NCBI GenBank assembly: GCA_050186725.1
Contig: JBFWYG010000007.1
Coordinates: 732-64,731 of the forward strand
DNA length: 64,000 nucleotides
From: Gammaproteobacteria bacterium
GTDB taxonomy: Bacteria; Pseudomonadota; Gammaproteobacteria; Ga0077536
Direction: 5' to 3'
Shown here: in pieces, positions 9,562 to 19,572 of the stretch
Layout: each line of letters starts with the position of its first letter
Position numbering within the stretch: position 1 is the stretch's first letter
Program-made: the position numbers and the translations under genes
The notes under the pieces: generated by a model
Seen by the model: only the letters and a program-made list of their open reading frames with translations
What the model was told of the DNA's origin: nothing
Databases searched by the model: none

Positions 9562-9942
9562 ATGACCCAGGACGCCCCGAGCATCGACGAACTCCTGGTG
9601 ACGGTCCGCGAGTTCGTGCAGGAGATCACGCCCCAGCTGGACGGCCGCGATCGCTACCACGCGCAGTGCGCGGTCTACCTGCTGGACATCGTGCGCCGGG
9701 AACTCGGCGCGGATGCGACGGACGAGAGCGCCGAGCAGAGCATGCTGGCCCGCTACCTGGGCGAGGGTGAAGCAGGGGCGGCGGGCCTCGCGGCGCTCGC
9801 CGCCGAGATCCGCAGCGGCCGGCTGGACGCGCGCTTCGACGAACTGCTCGCCGATCTCACCCGCCAGGTGGTGGGCAAGGTGCGCATCACGCGCCCCGAT
9901 CAGCTCCATCCCATGCACCGCGACTCGCGGCCGGCGGAGTGA
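9562..9942 (+). CDS. small DUF6285-like protein, paralog of 5081..5455
   Basis: Start at MTQDAPSIDEL. It shares the REF(I/V)...DRY.A.CA..LL.I..REL core with 5081..5455. Confidence 0.6.
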   Translation: MTQDAPSIDELLVTVREFVQEITPQLDGRDRYHAQCAVYLLDIVRRELGADATDESAEQSMLARYLGEGEAGAAGLAALAAEIRSGRLDARFDELLADLTRQVVGKVRITRPDQLHPMHRDSRPAE

Positions 9943-9979
9943 CGCGCGCCGGGCGTGCCGGCGCGCGGAAAGCGAAAGG

Positions 9980-10369
9980 TCAGCCGAACAGGCGCTTCAC
10001 GAAACCGAACACACCGCCGCGCGGCGCGGGCGCCGCCGGGGTGGCCGGCTTGTCCGCGCGGGGCGCGTGGGAGGGTGCGCGCGGCGCGCGGCGCTCGCCG
10101 CCCTCGGCGTGGCGCTCGGCCTTCTGTTCGCGCGGCTGGGATTCGTCGACCCGCAGCTCGCGCCCCTGGAAGTCACTGCCGTTCAGGGCGGCGATCGCCT
10201 TGCGGCCGGCCTCGTCGTCGGCCATCTCCACGAAGCCGTAGCCGCGCGAGCGCTTGGTGCGACGGTCGAAGATGACCTCGGCGGCGGTCACCGTGCCATA
10301 GGGCGCGAAGGCATCGCGCAGTTCCTCGCTCTTGACGCTGTAGGGCAGGTTGCCCACGTAGATGTTCAT
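9980..10369 (-). CDS. RNA-binding protein (RRM domain) with Arg/Pro/Ala-rich C-terminal tail
   Basis: RNP-2 IYVGNL and RNP-1 RGYGFVEM motifs are present. 129 aa. Confidence 0.8.
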   Translation of the reverse strand: MNIYVGNLPYSVKSEELRDAFAPYGTVTAAEVIFDRRTKRSRGYGFVEMADDEAGRKAIAALNGSDFQGRELRVDESQPREQKAERHAEGGERRAPRAPSHAPRADKPATPAAPAPRGGVFGFVKRLFG

Positions 10370-10682
10370 CGTGATCTCGATCCCTTGTTATCGACCGCCT
10401 TTATTGCGTGCGATGGCGGCTGTTTCCCCCAGTGTCGCGTCACGCTGGACGGCTGCGCCCACGACCAGGGCGCGCGCCCGTGACGGAATCCGTCGCTGCC
10501 GGTTATCGAGTGTGAACGGTGATCGGGCCGGAACCGCGCGCCGCCTGTTCCCCTGACAAGGCGCCATCGTCTGGTCGACGCGGCGCCCGTCGCGCGCTTC
10601 GTAAGCCCCCGACAGGACGACGGAATTCAAGCACAACGCCGCAACGCGCGCAAACGGCGCGCGCCGCTCGCGCGGAGGCGCG

Positions 10683-11894
10683 TCAGGCGGTGAAGGCCTG
10701 GATGCCGGTCTGCGCGCGCCCGAGGATGAGGGCATGCACGTCGTGCGTGCCTTCGTAGGTGTTGACCGCCTCCAGATTCAGCACGTGGCGGATGACGTGG
10801 TACTCGTCGGACACGCCGTTGCCGCCGTGCATGTCGCGAGCCATGCGCGCGATGTCGAGGGCCTTGCCGCAGTTGTTGCGCTTGATGAGCGAGATGGCCT
10901 CCGGCGCCCCGGTGCCGGCGTCGATCATGCGACCGACCGCGAGTGCCGCCTGGTAGCCGAGCGCAATCTCGGTCTGCATGTCGGCGAGCTTCTTCTGGAT
11001 GAGCTGGTTGGCGGCCAGCGGCCGGCCGAACTGCTGCCTGTCGAGGGTGTACTGGCGCGCCGCCAGCCAGCAGAACTCTGCCGCGCCCATCGCGCCCCAG
11101 GCGATGCCGTAGCGCGCGCGGTTCAGGCAGCCGAACGGGCCGCGCAGGCCGCGCACGTTCGGCAGCAGGTTGGCCTCGGGCACGAACACCTCGTCCATCA
11201 CGATCTCACCGGTGATGGAGGCGCGCAGCGAGAACTTGCCCTCGATCTTCGGCGCCGACAGGCCCTGCATGCCGGCCTCCAGCACGAAGCCGCGAATCTG
11301 CCCGTCGTCGGCGGTCTTGGCCCATACCACGAACACGTCGGCGATGGGCGCGTTGGAGATCCACATCTTGTTGCCGGAGAGCCGCCAGCCGCCCGCCACC
11401 TTGACCGCGCGCGACTTCATGCCGCCCGGGTCCGAGCCGTGATCCGGTTCGGTCAGACCGAAGCAGCCGACGAACTCACCGCTGGCGAGCTTGGGCAGGT
11501 ACTTGTTGCGCTGCTCCTCGGTGCCGTAGGCGTAGATGGGATGCATGACGAGGCTCGACTGCACGCTCATCGCCGAGCGGTAGCCCGAATCGACCCGTTC
11601 GACTTCGCGCGCCACGAGCCCGTAGCACACGTAGGACAGCCCGGCGCAGCCGTACTTTTCCGGCAGCGTCGATCCGAGGAAACCGTGTTCGCCGAACTCG
11701 CGCATGATGGCCCGATCGAAATGCTCGTGGCGGTGGGCATCGCGGATGCGCGGCATGAGATTCGCCTGGCAGAAGTCGCGGGCCGCTTCGCTCACCAGGC
11801 GCTCGTCCTCACGCAGCTGGGCGGTGAGGTGCAGCGGGTCCTGCCAGTCGAAGGCGGCCTCGGCGCTGGCGTGGGAAGGGGCGGTGGTGCTCAT
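10683..11894 (-). CDS. gcdH: glutaryl-CoA dehydrogenase
   Basis: 403 aa. The C-terminal [29 protein letters not shown] is characteristic of GcdH. Confidence 0.85.
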   Translation of the reverse strand: MSTTAPSHASAEAAFDWQDPLHLTAQLREDERLVSEAARDFCQANLMPRIRDAHRHEHFDRAIMREFGEHGFLGSTLPEKYGCAGLSYVCYGLVAREVERVDSGYRSAMSVQSSLVMHPIYAYGTEEQRNKYLPKLASGEFVGCFGLTEPDHGSDPGGMKSRAVKVAGGWRLSGNKMWISNAPIADVFVVWAKTADDGQIRGFVLEAGMQGLSAPKIEGKFSLRASITGEIVMDEVFVPEANLLPNVRGLRGPFGCLNRARYGIAWGAMGAAEFCWLAARQYTLDRQQFGRPLAANQLIQKKLADMQTEIALGYQAALAVGRMIDAGTGAPEAISLIKRNNCGKALDIARMARDMHGGNGVSDEYHVIRHVLNLEAVNTYEGTHDVHALILGRAQTGIQAFTA

Positions 11895-12393
11895 GCGAAG
11901 TCCTCTGTCTGTCGGTCCCAGGGTGGGAGCTGCGGGCGCCGGACTATAGCACCGCCCCGCGCGCCGACCGTGCCTGCGCGAGCCCCGCCGCGGGGCGCTG
12001 TCGCAGCCCGCGACAGGCCACTTGCACTGCCCGCGCGGGTTTTGCCGTCAAGCAGTTACTGGTACCATGCCGCTGAATCACGCGGCCGCCTGCGGGCCGC
12101 GCCACGAGGGCGGCCCAGGGGCCTCGGCACCTGTCTGTACACGTCCCGTCGTCGTCTTCCGCGCACAGTGTCCGAGCGCCACGCCGTGGCCCTGGCGAAC
12201 AGCGCGCGAACGCGTGATCCAGCTGTCCGGCCCGCCTGATCGCGCGCCGGGCCGGCAACGTAACAGCCCCGCCCGCGCGTGCGCATCGATCGGATGCGAG
12301 TCGCGCGGCGGACAGGCCGCCCCGCACGCGGCCAGCCGCGCCCGCCAGGCACATGAGCCTGGGACGGGCGATCCCAGTGAGCAGGAGGAACGC

Positions 12394-13143
12394 ATGAAAA
12401 TCCTTGTGGCCGTGAAGCGCGCCATCGATTACAACGTCAAGGCCCGGCCGAAATCCGACGGCACCGGCGTCGACCTCGCGAACGTGAAGATGTCCATGAA
12501 CCCGTTCGACGAAATCGCCGTCGAGGAAGCGCTGCGCATCCAGGAAGCGGGCGGCGCGACGGAGACCATCGCGATCTCCATCGGCCCGAAGCAGTGCCAG
12601 GAGACCCTGCGCACGGCGATGGCGATGGGCGTCGACCGCGGCATCCTGGTCGAGACCGAGGTCGAGACCCAGCCGCTCGCGGTAGCCAAGCTGATCGCAG
12701 CCGTGGTCAAGCAGGAACAGCCGGAACTGGTGATCCTCGGCAAGCAGGCCATCGACGACGATTCCAACCAGACCGGCCAGATGCTGGCCGCGCTGCTCGG
12801 CTGGCCGCAGGGCACCTTCGCCGCCAAGGTCATCGTCGCCGACGGTCGCGCCAAGGTCGCGCGTGAAATCGACGGCGGCATCCAGACGGTCGATCTCAAG
12901 ATGCCGGCGGTGGTCACCGCCGACCTGCGTCTGAACGAGCCGCGCTACGTGAAATTGCCGAACATCATGAAGGCGAAGAAGAAGCCGCTCGACACCCTGA
13001 CCCCCGAGCAGCTCGGCGTCGACGTCACGCCGCGCCTCACGCTCGTCAAGGTCGCCGAGCCGCCGGCCCGCAAGGGCGGCGTGAAGGTGCCTGATGTCGC
13101 GACCCTGGTAGACAAGCTGCGCAACGAAGCGAAGGTGATTTGA
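12394..13143 (+). CDS. etfB: electron transfer flavoprotein beta subunit
   Basis: Starts [22 protein letters not shown] lies 6 nt upstream. Confidence 0.9.
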   Translation: MKILVAVKRAIDYNVKARPKSDGTGVDLANVKMSMNPFDEIAVEEALRIQEAGGATETIAISIGPKQCQETLRTAMAMGVDRGILVETEVETQPLAVAKLIAAVVKQEQPELVILGKQAIDDDSNQTGQMLAALLGWPQGTFAAKVIVADGRAKVAREIDGGIQTVDLKMPAVVTADLRLNEPRYVKLPNIMKAKKKPLDTLTPEQLGVDVTPRLTLVKVAEPPARKGGVKVPDVATLVDKLRNEAKVI

Positions 13144-13144
13144 G

Positions 13145-14080
13145 ATGAGCGCCCTGGTCCTTGCCGAACACAACAATGCCCAGCTCGCGCCCGCGACCCT
13201 GAACGCGGTCGCCGCCGCGCTGGCGCTGGGCTCCGAAGTCGACGTGCTGGTGGCCGGTGACGGCTGCCGCGCGGTGGCCGATGCCGCCGCCGCCATCGCC
13301 GGCGTGCGCAAGGTGCTGCTGGCCGAAGCCCCGCACTACGCGCACGCCCTGGCCGAGAACCTCGCGCCGCTGCTGGTCGCGCAGGCCGGCCCCTACGAGC
13401 ACCTGCTCGCGGCCGCCACCACCACGGGCAAGAACGTGATGCCGCGGGTCGCGGCGCTGCTCGACGTCGCGCAGCTGTCCGACATCATCGGCGTGGTCTC
13501 GAACGACACCTTCGTGCGGCCGATCTACGCCGGCAACGTGATCGCGACCGTCAAGTCGTCGGACGCGAAGAAGGTCATCACCGTGCGTCTCACGGCCTAT
13601 GATCCGGCGCCGGCCACCGGCGGCAGCGGCGCCGTCGAGTCGATCACCGCGGTCGCCGACAGCGGGCTCTCGGCCTGGGTGAGCGAGGAGCTGACCAAGA
13701 GCGATCGTCCCGAGCTGACCGCCGCCGACATCATCGTCTCCGGCGGACGTGGCGTGGGATCGAGCGAGAACTTCGCCATCATCGAAGCGCTGGCCGACAA
13801 GCTCGGCGCGGCCGTGGGCGCCTCGCGCGCCGCGGTCGATGCCGGCTACGTGCCGAACGACTACCAGGTCGGCCAGACCGGCAAGGTCGTCGCGCCGACG
13901 CTGTACATCGCGGTCGGCATCTCGGGCGCGATCCAGCACCTCGCCGGCATGAAGGACAGCAAGGTCATCGTGTGCATCAACAAGGACGAGGAAGCGCCGA
14001 TCTTCGGCGTCGCCGACTACGGCCTGGTGGGTGACCTGTTCAAGGAAGTGCCCGCCATGACCGAGGCGCTGTCCAAGTAA
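13145..14080 (+). CDS. etfA: electron transfer flavoprotein alpha subunit
   Basis: The FAD-binding C-terminus [27 protein letters not shown] is present. Confidence 0.9.
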   Translation: MSALVLAEHNNAQLAPATLNAVAAALALGSEVDVLVAGDGCRAVADAAAAIAGVRKVLLAEAPHYAHALAENLAPLLVAQAGPYEHLLAAATTTGKNVMPRVAALLDVAQLSDIIGVVSNDTFVRPIYAGNVIATVKSSDAKKVITVRLTAYDPAPATGGSGAVESITAVADSGLSAWVSEELTKSDRPELTAADIIVSGGRGVGSSENFAIIEALADKLGAAVGASRAAVDAGYVPNDYQVGQTGKVVAPTLYIAVGISGAIQHLAGMKDSKVIVCINKDEEAPIFGVADYGLVGDLFKEVPAMTEALSK

Positions 14081-14282
14081 GGCCGCGTCGGGCGGCGCCG
14101 CCAGGTGCCGCCCACCGCCACTCGCGCTAGAGTGGCGGCGTGGGTGGTCGAGCGCCGCAACGCCTTCGGCCCCGTCTCCTGCGCGGCGCTCGAACTCGGG
14201 CCACGCAGATCAGATTCAACGAACACGAGGCTGGCGCGCGCGTCGCAGCCGGCCCTGGAGAGGTGCCGTGGAACGCGAATCG

Positions 14283-15899
14283 ATGGAATTCGACGTGGTG
14301 ATCGTTGGCGGCGGGCCGTCCGGCCTGTCGGCGGCCATCCGCCTGCGCCAGCTCGCCATCGAAGCGGGCGAGGACCTCACGGTCTGCGTGCTCGAGAAGG
14401 GCTCGGAGATCGGCGCCCACATCCTCTCGGGGGCGGTCATCGAGCCGCGTTCGCTGAACGAACTCATCCCCGACTGGAAGGACAAGGGCGCGCCGCTCAA
14501 CACCCCGGCAGGCGAGGACCGTTTCCTGTTCCTCACGGAAACGAAGGCCTACCAGCTGCCGACCCCGCCGCAGATGAACAATCACGGCAACTACATCGTG
14601 AGCCTCGGCAACGTGTGTCGCTGGCTCGCGGAGCAGGCGCAGGCGCTGGAAGTCGAGATCTACCCGGGCTTCGCCGCCGCCGAAGTGCTGTACCACGAGG
14701 ACGGCTCGGTGAAGGGCGTCGCGACCGGCGACATGGGGCGCACCGCGGATGGCGAGGAAGGCCCGAACTTCGCTCCCGGCATGGAGCTGCACGCGCGCCA
14801 GACGCTGTTCGCCGAAGGCGTGCGCGGTTCGCTGACCAAGACGCTGTTCCAGCGCTTCAACCTGCGGGACGGCGTCGATCCGCAGGTCTTCGGTCTCGGC
14901 ATCAAGGAACTGTGGGAAGTGGAACCGAGCCGTCATCGGCGCGGCTCCATCACCCACACCACCGGCTGGCCGATGGACATGAAGACCTACGGCGGCTCGT
15001 GGCTCTATCACCTCGAGGACAACCTGGTGTCGGTCGGCTTCGTGGTCGGTCTCGACTACCAGAATCCCTATCTCTCGCCGTTCGAGGAGATGCAGCGCTT
15101 CAAGACTCACCCCGAGATCCGCAAGGTGTTCGAGGGCGGGCGGCGCCTGTCCTACGGCGCGCGCGCCATCAGCGCGGGCGGCTACCAGTCGATTCCCAAG
15201 CTGACCTTCCCCGGCGGGCTCCTGATCGGCGACTGCGCGGGCTTCCTGAACGTGCCGAAGATCAAGGGCACGCACACTGCGATGAAGTCCGGCATGACCG
15301 CCGCGGAAGCCGTGTTCGACGCGCTGAAGGGCGGGGCTCCAGCCGGGCAGGAAGTGCGGGGCTACGCCGAGAAGCTGCGTCAGACCTGGATGTGGGACGA
15401 ACTCTACCGGGTGCGCAACATCAAGCCGTCCTTTCACTGGGGGCTGCCGGCGGCGATGGCCTATTCCGCCCTCGACACCTACGTATTCCGCGGCAAGGCG
15501 CCCTGGACGCTGCGCCACCGTCCCGATCACGAGCAGCTGAAGCCGGCGGCGGAGTGCACGCCCATCGATTATCCCAAGCCGGACGGCAAGGTGAGTTTCG
15601 ACAGGCTGTCCTCGGTGTTCCTCTCGAACACCAACCACGAAGAGGACCAGCCCTGTCACCTGACCTTGAAGGACGCCAATACGCCGGTCGCCCTGAACCT
15701 CGGCCGCTACGCCGGGCCCGAGCAGCGCTACTGTCCCGCGGGCGTGTACGAGTTCGTGCAGGAGGGTGGCAGCTCGCGCCTGCAGATCAACGCGCAGAAC
15801 TGCGTGCACTGCAAGACCTGCGACATCAAGGACCCGAGCCAGAACATCAACTGGGTCACGCCCGAAGGCGGCGGCGGTCCCAACTACCCGAACATGTAG
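14283..15899 (+). CDS. electron-transfer flavoprotein:ubiquinone oxidoreductase
   Basis: Starts [21 protein letters not shown]. The C-terminal 4Fe-4S motif CPAGVYEF...[12 protein letters not shown] is present. A GTG at 14268 is an alternative start. Confidence 0.9.
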   Translation: MEFDVVIVGGGPSGLSAAIRLRQLAIEAGEDLTVCVLEKGSEIGAHILSGAVIEPRSLNELIPDWKDKGAPLNTPAGEDRFLFLTETKAYQLPTPPQMNNHGNYIVSLGNVCRWLAEQAQALEVEIYPGFAAAEVLYHEDGSVKGVATGDMGRTADGEEGPNFAPGMELHARQTLFAEGVRGSLTKTLFQRFNLRDGVDPQVFGLGIKELWEVEPSRHRRGSITHTTGWPMDMKTYGGSWLYHLEDNLVSVGFVVGLDYQNPYLSPFEEMQRFKTHPEIRKVFEGGRRLSYGARAISAGGYQSIPKLTFPGGLLIGDCAGFLNVPKIKGTHTAMKSGMTAAEAVFDALKGGAPAGQEVRGYAEKLRQTWMWDELYRVRNIKPSFHWGLPAAMAYSALDTYVFRGKAPWTLRHRPDHEQLKPAAECTPIDYPKPDGKVSFDRLSSVFLSNTNHEEDQPCHLTLKDANTPVALNLGRYAGPEQRYCPAGVYEFVQEGGSSRLQINAQNCVHCKTCDIKDPSQNINWVTPEGGGGPNYPNM

Positions 15900-15920
15900 G
15901 CAACGAGTAAGCGAGAGAAC

Positions 15921-16238
15921 ATGCCCAAGGTCACCTACCGTCTTGCCGACGGCAGCGAAAAGAGCATCGATGTCCCCGTCGGCTGGAGCCTGATGGAAGC
16001 GGCGGTGCAGAACAACATCGACGGCATCGTCGCCGAGTGCGGCGGCGGCTGCGCCTGCGCGACCTGCCACGTGTACGTGGTCGGCGGGCCCGCATTGCCG
16101 CCCATCGGGTCGATGGAGGGCGACATGCTCGAGTGCACGGCGGCCGAGCGCCAGCCGAACTCGCGGCTGTCCTGCCAGATCAAGGTGTCGGCCGAGCTCG
16201 ACGGCCTGGTCGTGCAGATCCCCGACCGCCAGACCTGA
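15921..16238 (+). CDS. 2Fe-2S ferredoxin (adrenodoxin/putidaredoxin type)
   Basis: Cys ligands CGGGCACATCH...C are present. 105 aa. Confidence 0.8.
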   Translation: MPKVTYRLADGSEKSIDVPVGWSLMEAAVQNNIDGIVAECGGGCACATCHVYVVGGPALPPIGSMEGDMLECTAAERQPNSRLSCQIKVSAELDGLVVQIPDRQT

Positions 16239-16240
16239 GC

Positions 16241-17467
16241 GTGAGCGAGCCCGCGCCCATCGTCGTCGTCGGCGCCGGCCAGGCCGGCCAGCAGCTGTGC
16301 GACTCGCTGCGGCGTGGTGGCTACGAAGGTCGCCTCGTGCTGGTGGGTGATGAGCCGGTGCTGCCTTACCAGCGGCCGCCGCTGTCGAAGAAGTTCCTGA
16401 CCGGCGCGCTGGAAGCCGAGCGGCTGCTGCTGCGACCGGCGAGCTTCTACGAGAAGGCCAACGTTGAGCTGCGCCTCGCGCGACGCGTGACGGTCATCGA
16501 TCGCGCGGCGCGCACGCTTCGCCTGGACGATGGCGAGGTGCTGGCCTGGTCCGGCCTCGCGCTCACCACCGGCACACGCATCCGGCCATTGACCGTGCCC
16601 GGCGCGGCCGAGGCCGACGTGCACTACGTGCGCAGCCTGGCCGACGGCGAAGCGCTCAAGGCGCGTCTCGCCACGGCCGAGCGCCTCGCGGTGATCGGCG
16701 GTGGCTTCATCGGACTCGAGGTCGCGGCCATCGCGCGCGAACTCGGCAAGCAGGTGGTGCTGATCGAAGCGGCCGAGCGCCTGATGGCGCGCGCCGTGGC
16801 GCCGCTGGTGTCGGCGTTCTACGCCGACCTGCATCGCGCCCACGGCGTGGAAGTGATGCTCGGTACAGGTATCGAGGCTATACGTGGCGCCGAGGGTCGG
16901 CAGGTCGTCATCACCACCGACGGCCGCGAGCACGCGGTCGATCTCGTCGTCGCCGGCATCGGCGTGGTGCCGAACAGCGAACTCGCCGAGGCGGCGGGGC
17001 TCGCCTGCCACAACGGCATCGTGGTCGACGTGCATGCGCGTACCAGCGATCCGGCCATCGTCGCCGCCGGCGACTGCACCTGGCACATGAACGGTTTCCT
17101 CGAACGCGACATCCGCCTGGAATCGGTGCAGAACGCGGTCGACCAGGCAAAGGTCGCCGCAGCCAGCCTGCTCGGTCGCGACGAGCCGTACCGGCAGGTG
17201 CCGTGGTTCTGGTCCGACCAGTACGACGTCAAGCTGCAGATCGCCGGCATCGGCGTGCCGCACGATGAAGCCGTGCTGCGTGGCGACCCGGTCAGCCGGC
17301 AGTTCTCGGTGTATTACTTCCGCGCGGGCGCGCTGGTCGGTGTCGATTCGATGAATCGTCCGGCAGAGCACATGGCCGCACGCAAGCTGCTCGGGCAGGG
17401 CGTCGCGCTCAGCCCGGCCCAGGCCGCCGATCCGGCGGTCGATCTGATGCAAATCGCGCGCGGCTGA
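16241..17467 (+). CDS. FAD-dependent ferredoxin--NAD(P)+ reductase (putidaredoxin-reductase family)
   Basis: A GTG start lies 2 nt after the ferredoxin stop. Two Rossmann motifs (VVVGAGQAG; AVIGGGFIGLE) and AAGDC are present. Confidence 0.8.
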   Translation: MSEPAPIVVVGAGQAGQQLCDSLRRGGYEGRLVLVGDEPVLPYQRPPLSKKFLTGALEAERLLLRPASFYEKANVELRLARRVTVIDRAARTLRLDDGEVLAWSGLALTTGTRIRPLTVPGAAEADVHYVRSLADGEALKARLATAERLAVIGGGFIGLEVAAIARELGKQVVLIEAAERLMARAVAPLVSAFYADLHRAHGVEVMLGTGIEAIRGAEGRQVVITTDGREHAVDLVVAGIGVVPNSELAEAAGLACHNGIVVDVHARTSDPAIVAAGDCTWHMNGFLERDIRLESVQNAVDQAKVAAASLLGRDEPYRQVPWFWSDQYDVKLQIAGIGVPHDEAVLRGDPVSRQFSVYYFRAGALVGVDSMNRPAEHMAARKLLGQGVALSPAQAADPAVDLMQIARG

Positions 17468-17503
17468 CGCGCTGGAACAGGATTGAAGGGGAGTCACGGG
17501 TCA

Positions 17504-17824
17504 ATGCCAAGAATCGTCTACATCGACGTCAACGGTGAGCGTCACGAATGCAACGTCGCCAGCGGCGTATCCCTGATGGAGGGCGCAATCCAGAACGGCA
17601 TTGCCGGCATCCTCGCCATCTGCGGCGGCAGCTGCGCCTGCAGCACCTGCCACGCGTACATCGACCCGGCGTGGACGGACAAGGTCGGGCCGGCGAGCCC
17701 GATCGAGGAGTCGACCCTCGAGCTCGCCTACGACCGCAAGCCGAACAGCCGGCTGACCTGCCAGGTGCAGGTCAGCGACGCGCTCGACGGGCTGGTCGTG
17801 CACGTCGCCCAGAACGACGCCTGA
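17504..17824 (+). CDS. 2Fe-2S ferredoxin (second copy)
   Basis: Starts MPRIVYIDVNGER. CGGSCACSTCH is present, and the C-terminal RLTCQVQV parallels the first ferredoxin. Confidence 0.8.
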   Translation: MPRIVYIDVNGERHECNVASGVSLMEGAIQNGIAGILAICGGSCACSTCHAYIDPAWTDKVGPASPIEESTLELAYDRKPNSRLTCQVQVSDALDGLVVHVAQNDA

Positions 17825-17849
17825 CGGCGCGCCGCGGCGGGTCGACGGG

Positions 17850-18491
17850 ATGCGCGAGCTGCACGACTTCTTCCGCTCCAGTTCGGCGCATCGCGTGCGC
17901 ATCGCGCTGGCCTTCAAGGGCCTCGACTGGCGCGCGGTGCCGGTCCAGCTGCAGCAGGGCGAGCAGCTCGAGGCCGACTACCGCGCGCTGAATCCACAGG
18001 GCCTGGTGCCGGTCTACAGCGAAGGCGAACTGATCCTGAGCCAGTCGCTGGCGATCATCGAATACCTGGACGAGACCCACCCGACGCCGCCGCTCCTGCC
18101 GGCGGAGCCGGTGGCGCGCGCCCGCGCCCGGCAGTTCGCGCAGATCATCAGCACCGACGTGCAGCCGCTCACCGGGCTTCGCGTAATGGGCTACCTGCGC
18201 GACGAGTTCAAGGTCGACGCGGTGGCGCGTCGACGCTGGCTCGCGCACTGGCTGATGGAAGGCTTCGATGCGCTCGAGCTGTGGCTCGCCGCGCAGGAGC
18301 GCCCCGGGCGCTTCTGCGTCGGCGACCAGCCGAGCGTGGCGGATCTGTGCCTGGTGCCGGCGCTCGAAGTGGCGCGACGCAGCGGCGTGGACATCGAGGA
18401 CTTTCCGCGCCTCGCCACCATCGAGGAGACGTGCATGCGCCTGCCGGCCTTCCAGCAGGCGCGTCCGGTCGCACCCGCGGCCAAGGGCTGA
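17850..18491 (+). CDS. maiA: maleylacetoacetate/maleylpyruvate isomerase (GST zeta class)
   Basis: N-terminal SSxxxRVRIAL and NPQGLVP motifs are present. 213 aa. Confidence 0.7.
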   Translation: MRELHDFFRSSSAHRVRIALAFKGLDWRAVPVQLQQGEQLEADYRALNPQGLVPVYSEGELILSQSLAIIEYLDETHPTPPLLPAEPVARARARQFAQIISTDVQPLTGLRVMGYLRDEFKVDAVARRRWLAHWLMEGFDALELWLAAQERPGRFCVGDQPSVADLCLVPALEVARRSGVDIEDFPRLATIEETCMRLPAFQQARPVAPAAKG

Positions 18492-18525
18492 ACAGGGCGC
18501 GCGCAGCGCCCGGGAGTAGAGCGCA

Positions 18526-19566
18526 ATGCTGAACGATCGCATCGAAGGGCGCTGGCTGGACGCGTTCCGCCGCGTGTTCGAACTGTGCAAGGCCGCGCGC
18601 GGCGAACAGGTCGCGCTGCTGTGCGAGACCCAGTCGCGGACGGTCAATGTCGATCTCGCGCGCCTCGCGCTCGAGCAGATGGGCATTCAGCCCGTGACCG
18701 TGATGGTGCCGACGCCGGCGCAGAGCGCGCCGGTGCCGGTGCGTTCCACCGGCGCGAGCCAGGCGCTGAACGGCCAGACGGCCGCGGTGGCGGCGCTGAA
18801 GGCGAGCCAGCTCGTGGTCGATCTGACCGTCGAGGGCCTGCTGCACGCGCGCGAACTGCCGGAGATCCTTGGCGGCGGCGCGCGCGTGATGATGATCTCC
18901 AACGAGCACCCCGACGCGCTCGAGCGCCTGGTGCCGACGCCGGAGGACGAGGCGGTGGCCAAGACCGCGATCAAGGCCTGCCGCGCCGCGCAAGCCATGC
19001 ACGTGACCTCGGCGGCCGGCACCGATCTCCGCATCAGCCTCGCCGACGCGGTCAGCGTCGGCGTGTGGGGCTGGGCGGACAAGCCCGGCATGGTGTCCCA
19101 CTGGCCGGGTGGCATCGTGGTCAACTTCCCCAAGCCCGGTTCGGTCAACGGCCGCCTGGTGATGGACGCCGGTGACATCAACCTCACCTTCAAGCGCTAC
19201 CTCGCGAGCCCGGTGACCTTGAACATCGAGGACGACTTCGTGACGTCCATCGAGGGTAGCGGCACCGACGCCGAACTCATGCGCCGCTACTGGGCGGCGT
19301 GGGGCGACCGCGAGGCCTACGGCGTCAGCCACGTCGGCTGGGGCCTGAACGAACGCGCGCGCTACGAGGCGCTCGCGATGTACGACCTGCGCGACACCAA
19401 CGGTACGGAGCTGCGCGCCTACGGCGGCAACTTCCTGTACTCGACCGGCGCGAACGAGACCGCCGGGCGTTACACCGAGGGCCATTTCGATCTGCCGGTG
19501 CGCAACTGCACCGTCACCCTCGACGGTCGCGCGGTGGTGGAGAACGGCCGCCTGGTGAAGGGCTGA
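18526..19566 (+). CDS. M29-aminopeptidase-like protein, NicX (2,5-dihydroxypyridine 5,6-dioxygenase)-like
   Basis: 346 aa. YGVSHVGWGL, YGGNFLYSTGAN and DLPVRNC blocks resemble the NicX/aminopeptidase-T fold. This call comes from my memory of the family, not a database search. Confidence 0.4.
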   Translation: MLNDRIEGRWLDAFRRVFELCKAARGEQVALLCETQSRTVNVDLARLALEQMGIQPVTVMVPTPAQSAPVPVRSTGASQALNGQTAAVAALKASQLVVDLTVEGLLHARELPEILGGGARVMMISNEHPDALERLVPTPEDEAVAKTAIKACRAAQAMHVTSAAGTDLRISLADAVSVGVWGWADKPGMVSHWPGGIVVNFPKPGSVNGRLVMDAGDINLTFKRYLASPVTLNIEDDFVTSIEGSGTDAELMRRYWAAWGDREAYGVSHVGWGLNERARYEALAMYDLRDTNGTELRAYGGNFLYSTGANETAGRYTEGHFDLPVRNCTVTLDGRAVVENGRLVKG

Positions 19567-19572
19567 GGCGCG

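Noticed and set aside
10734-12239. 501-aa plus-strand ORF antisense to gcdH
   Set aside because: Antisense artifact of low-complexity composition. gcdH on the minus strand has clear family motifs.
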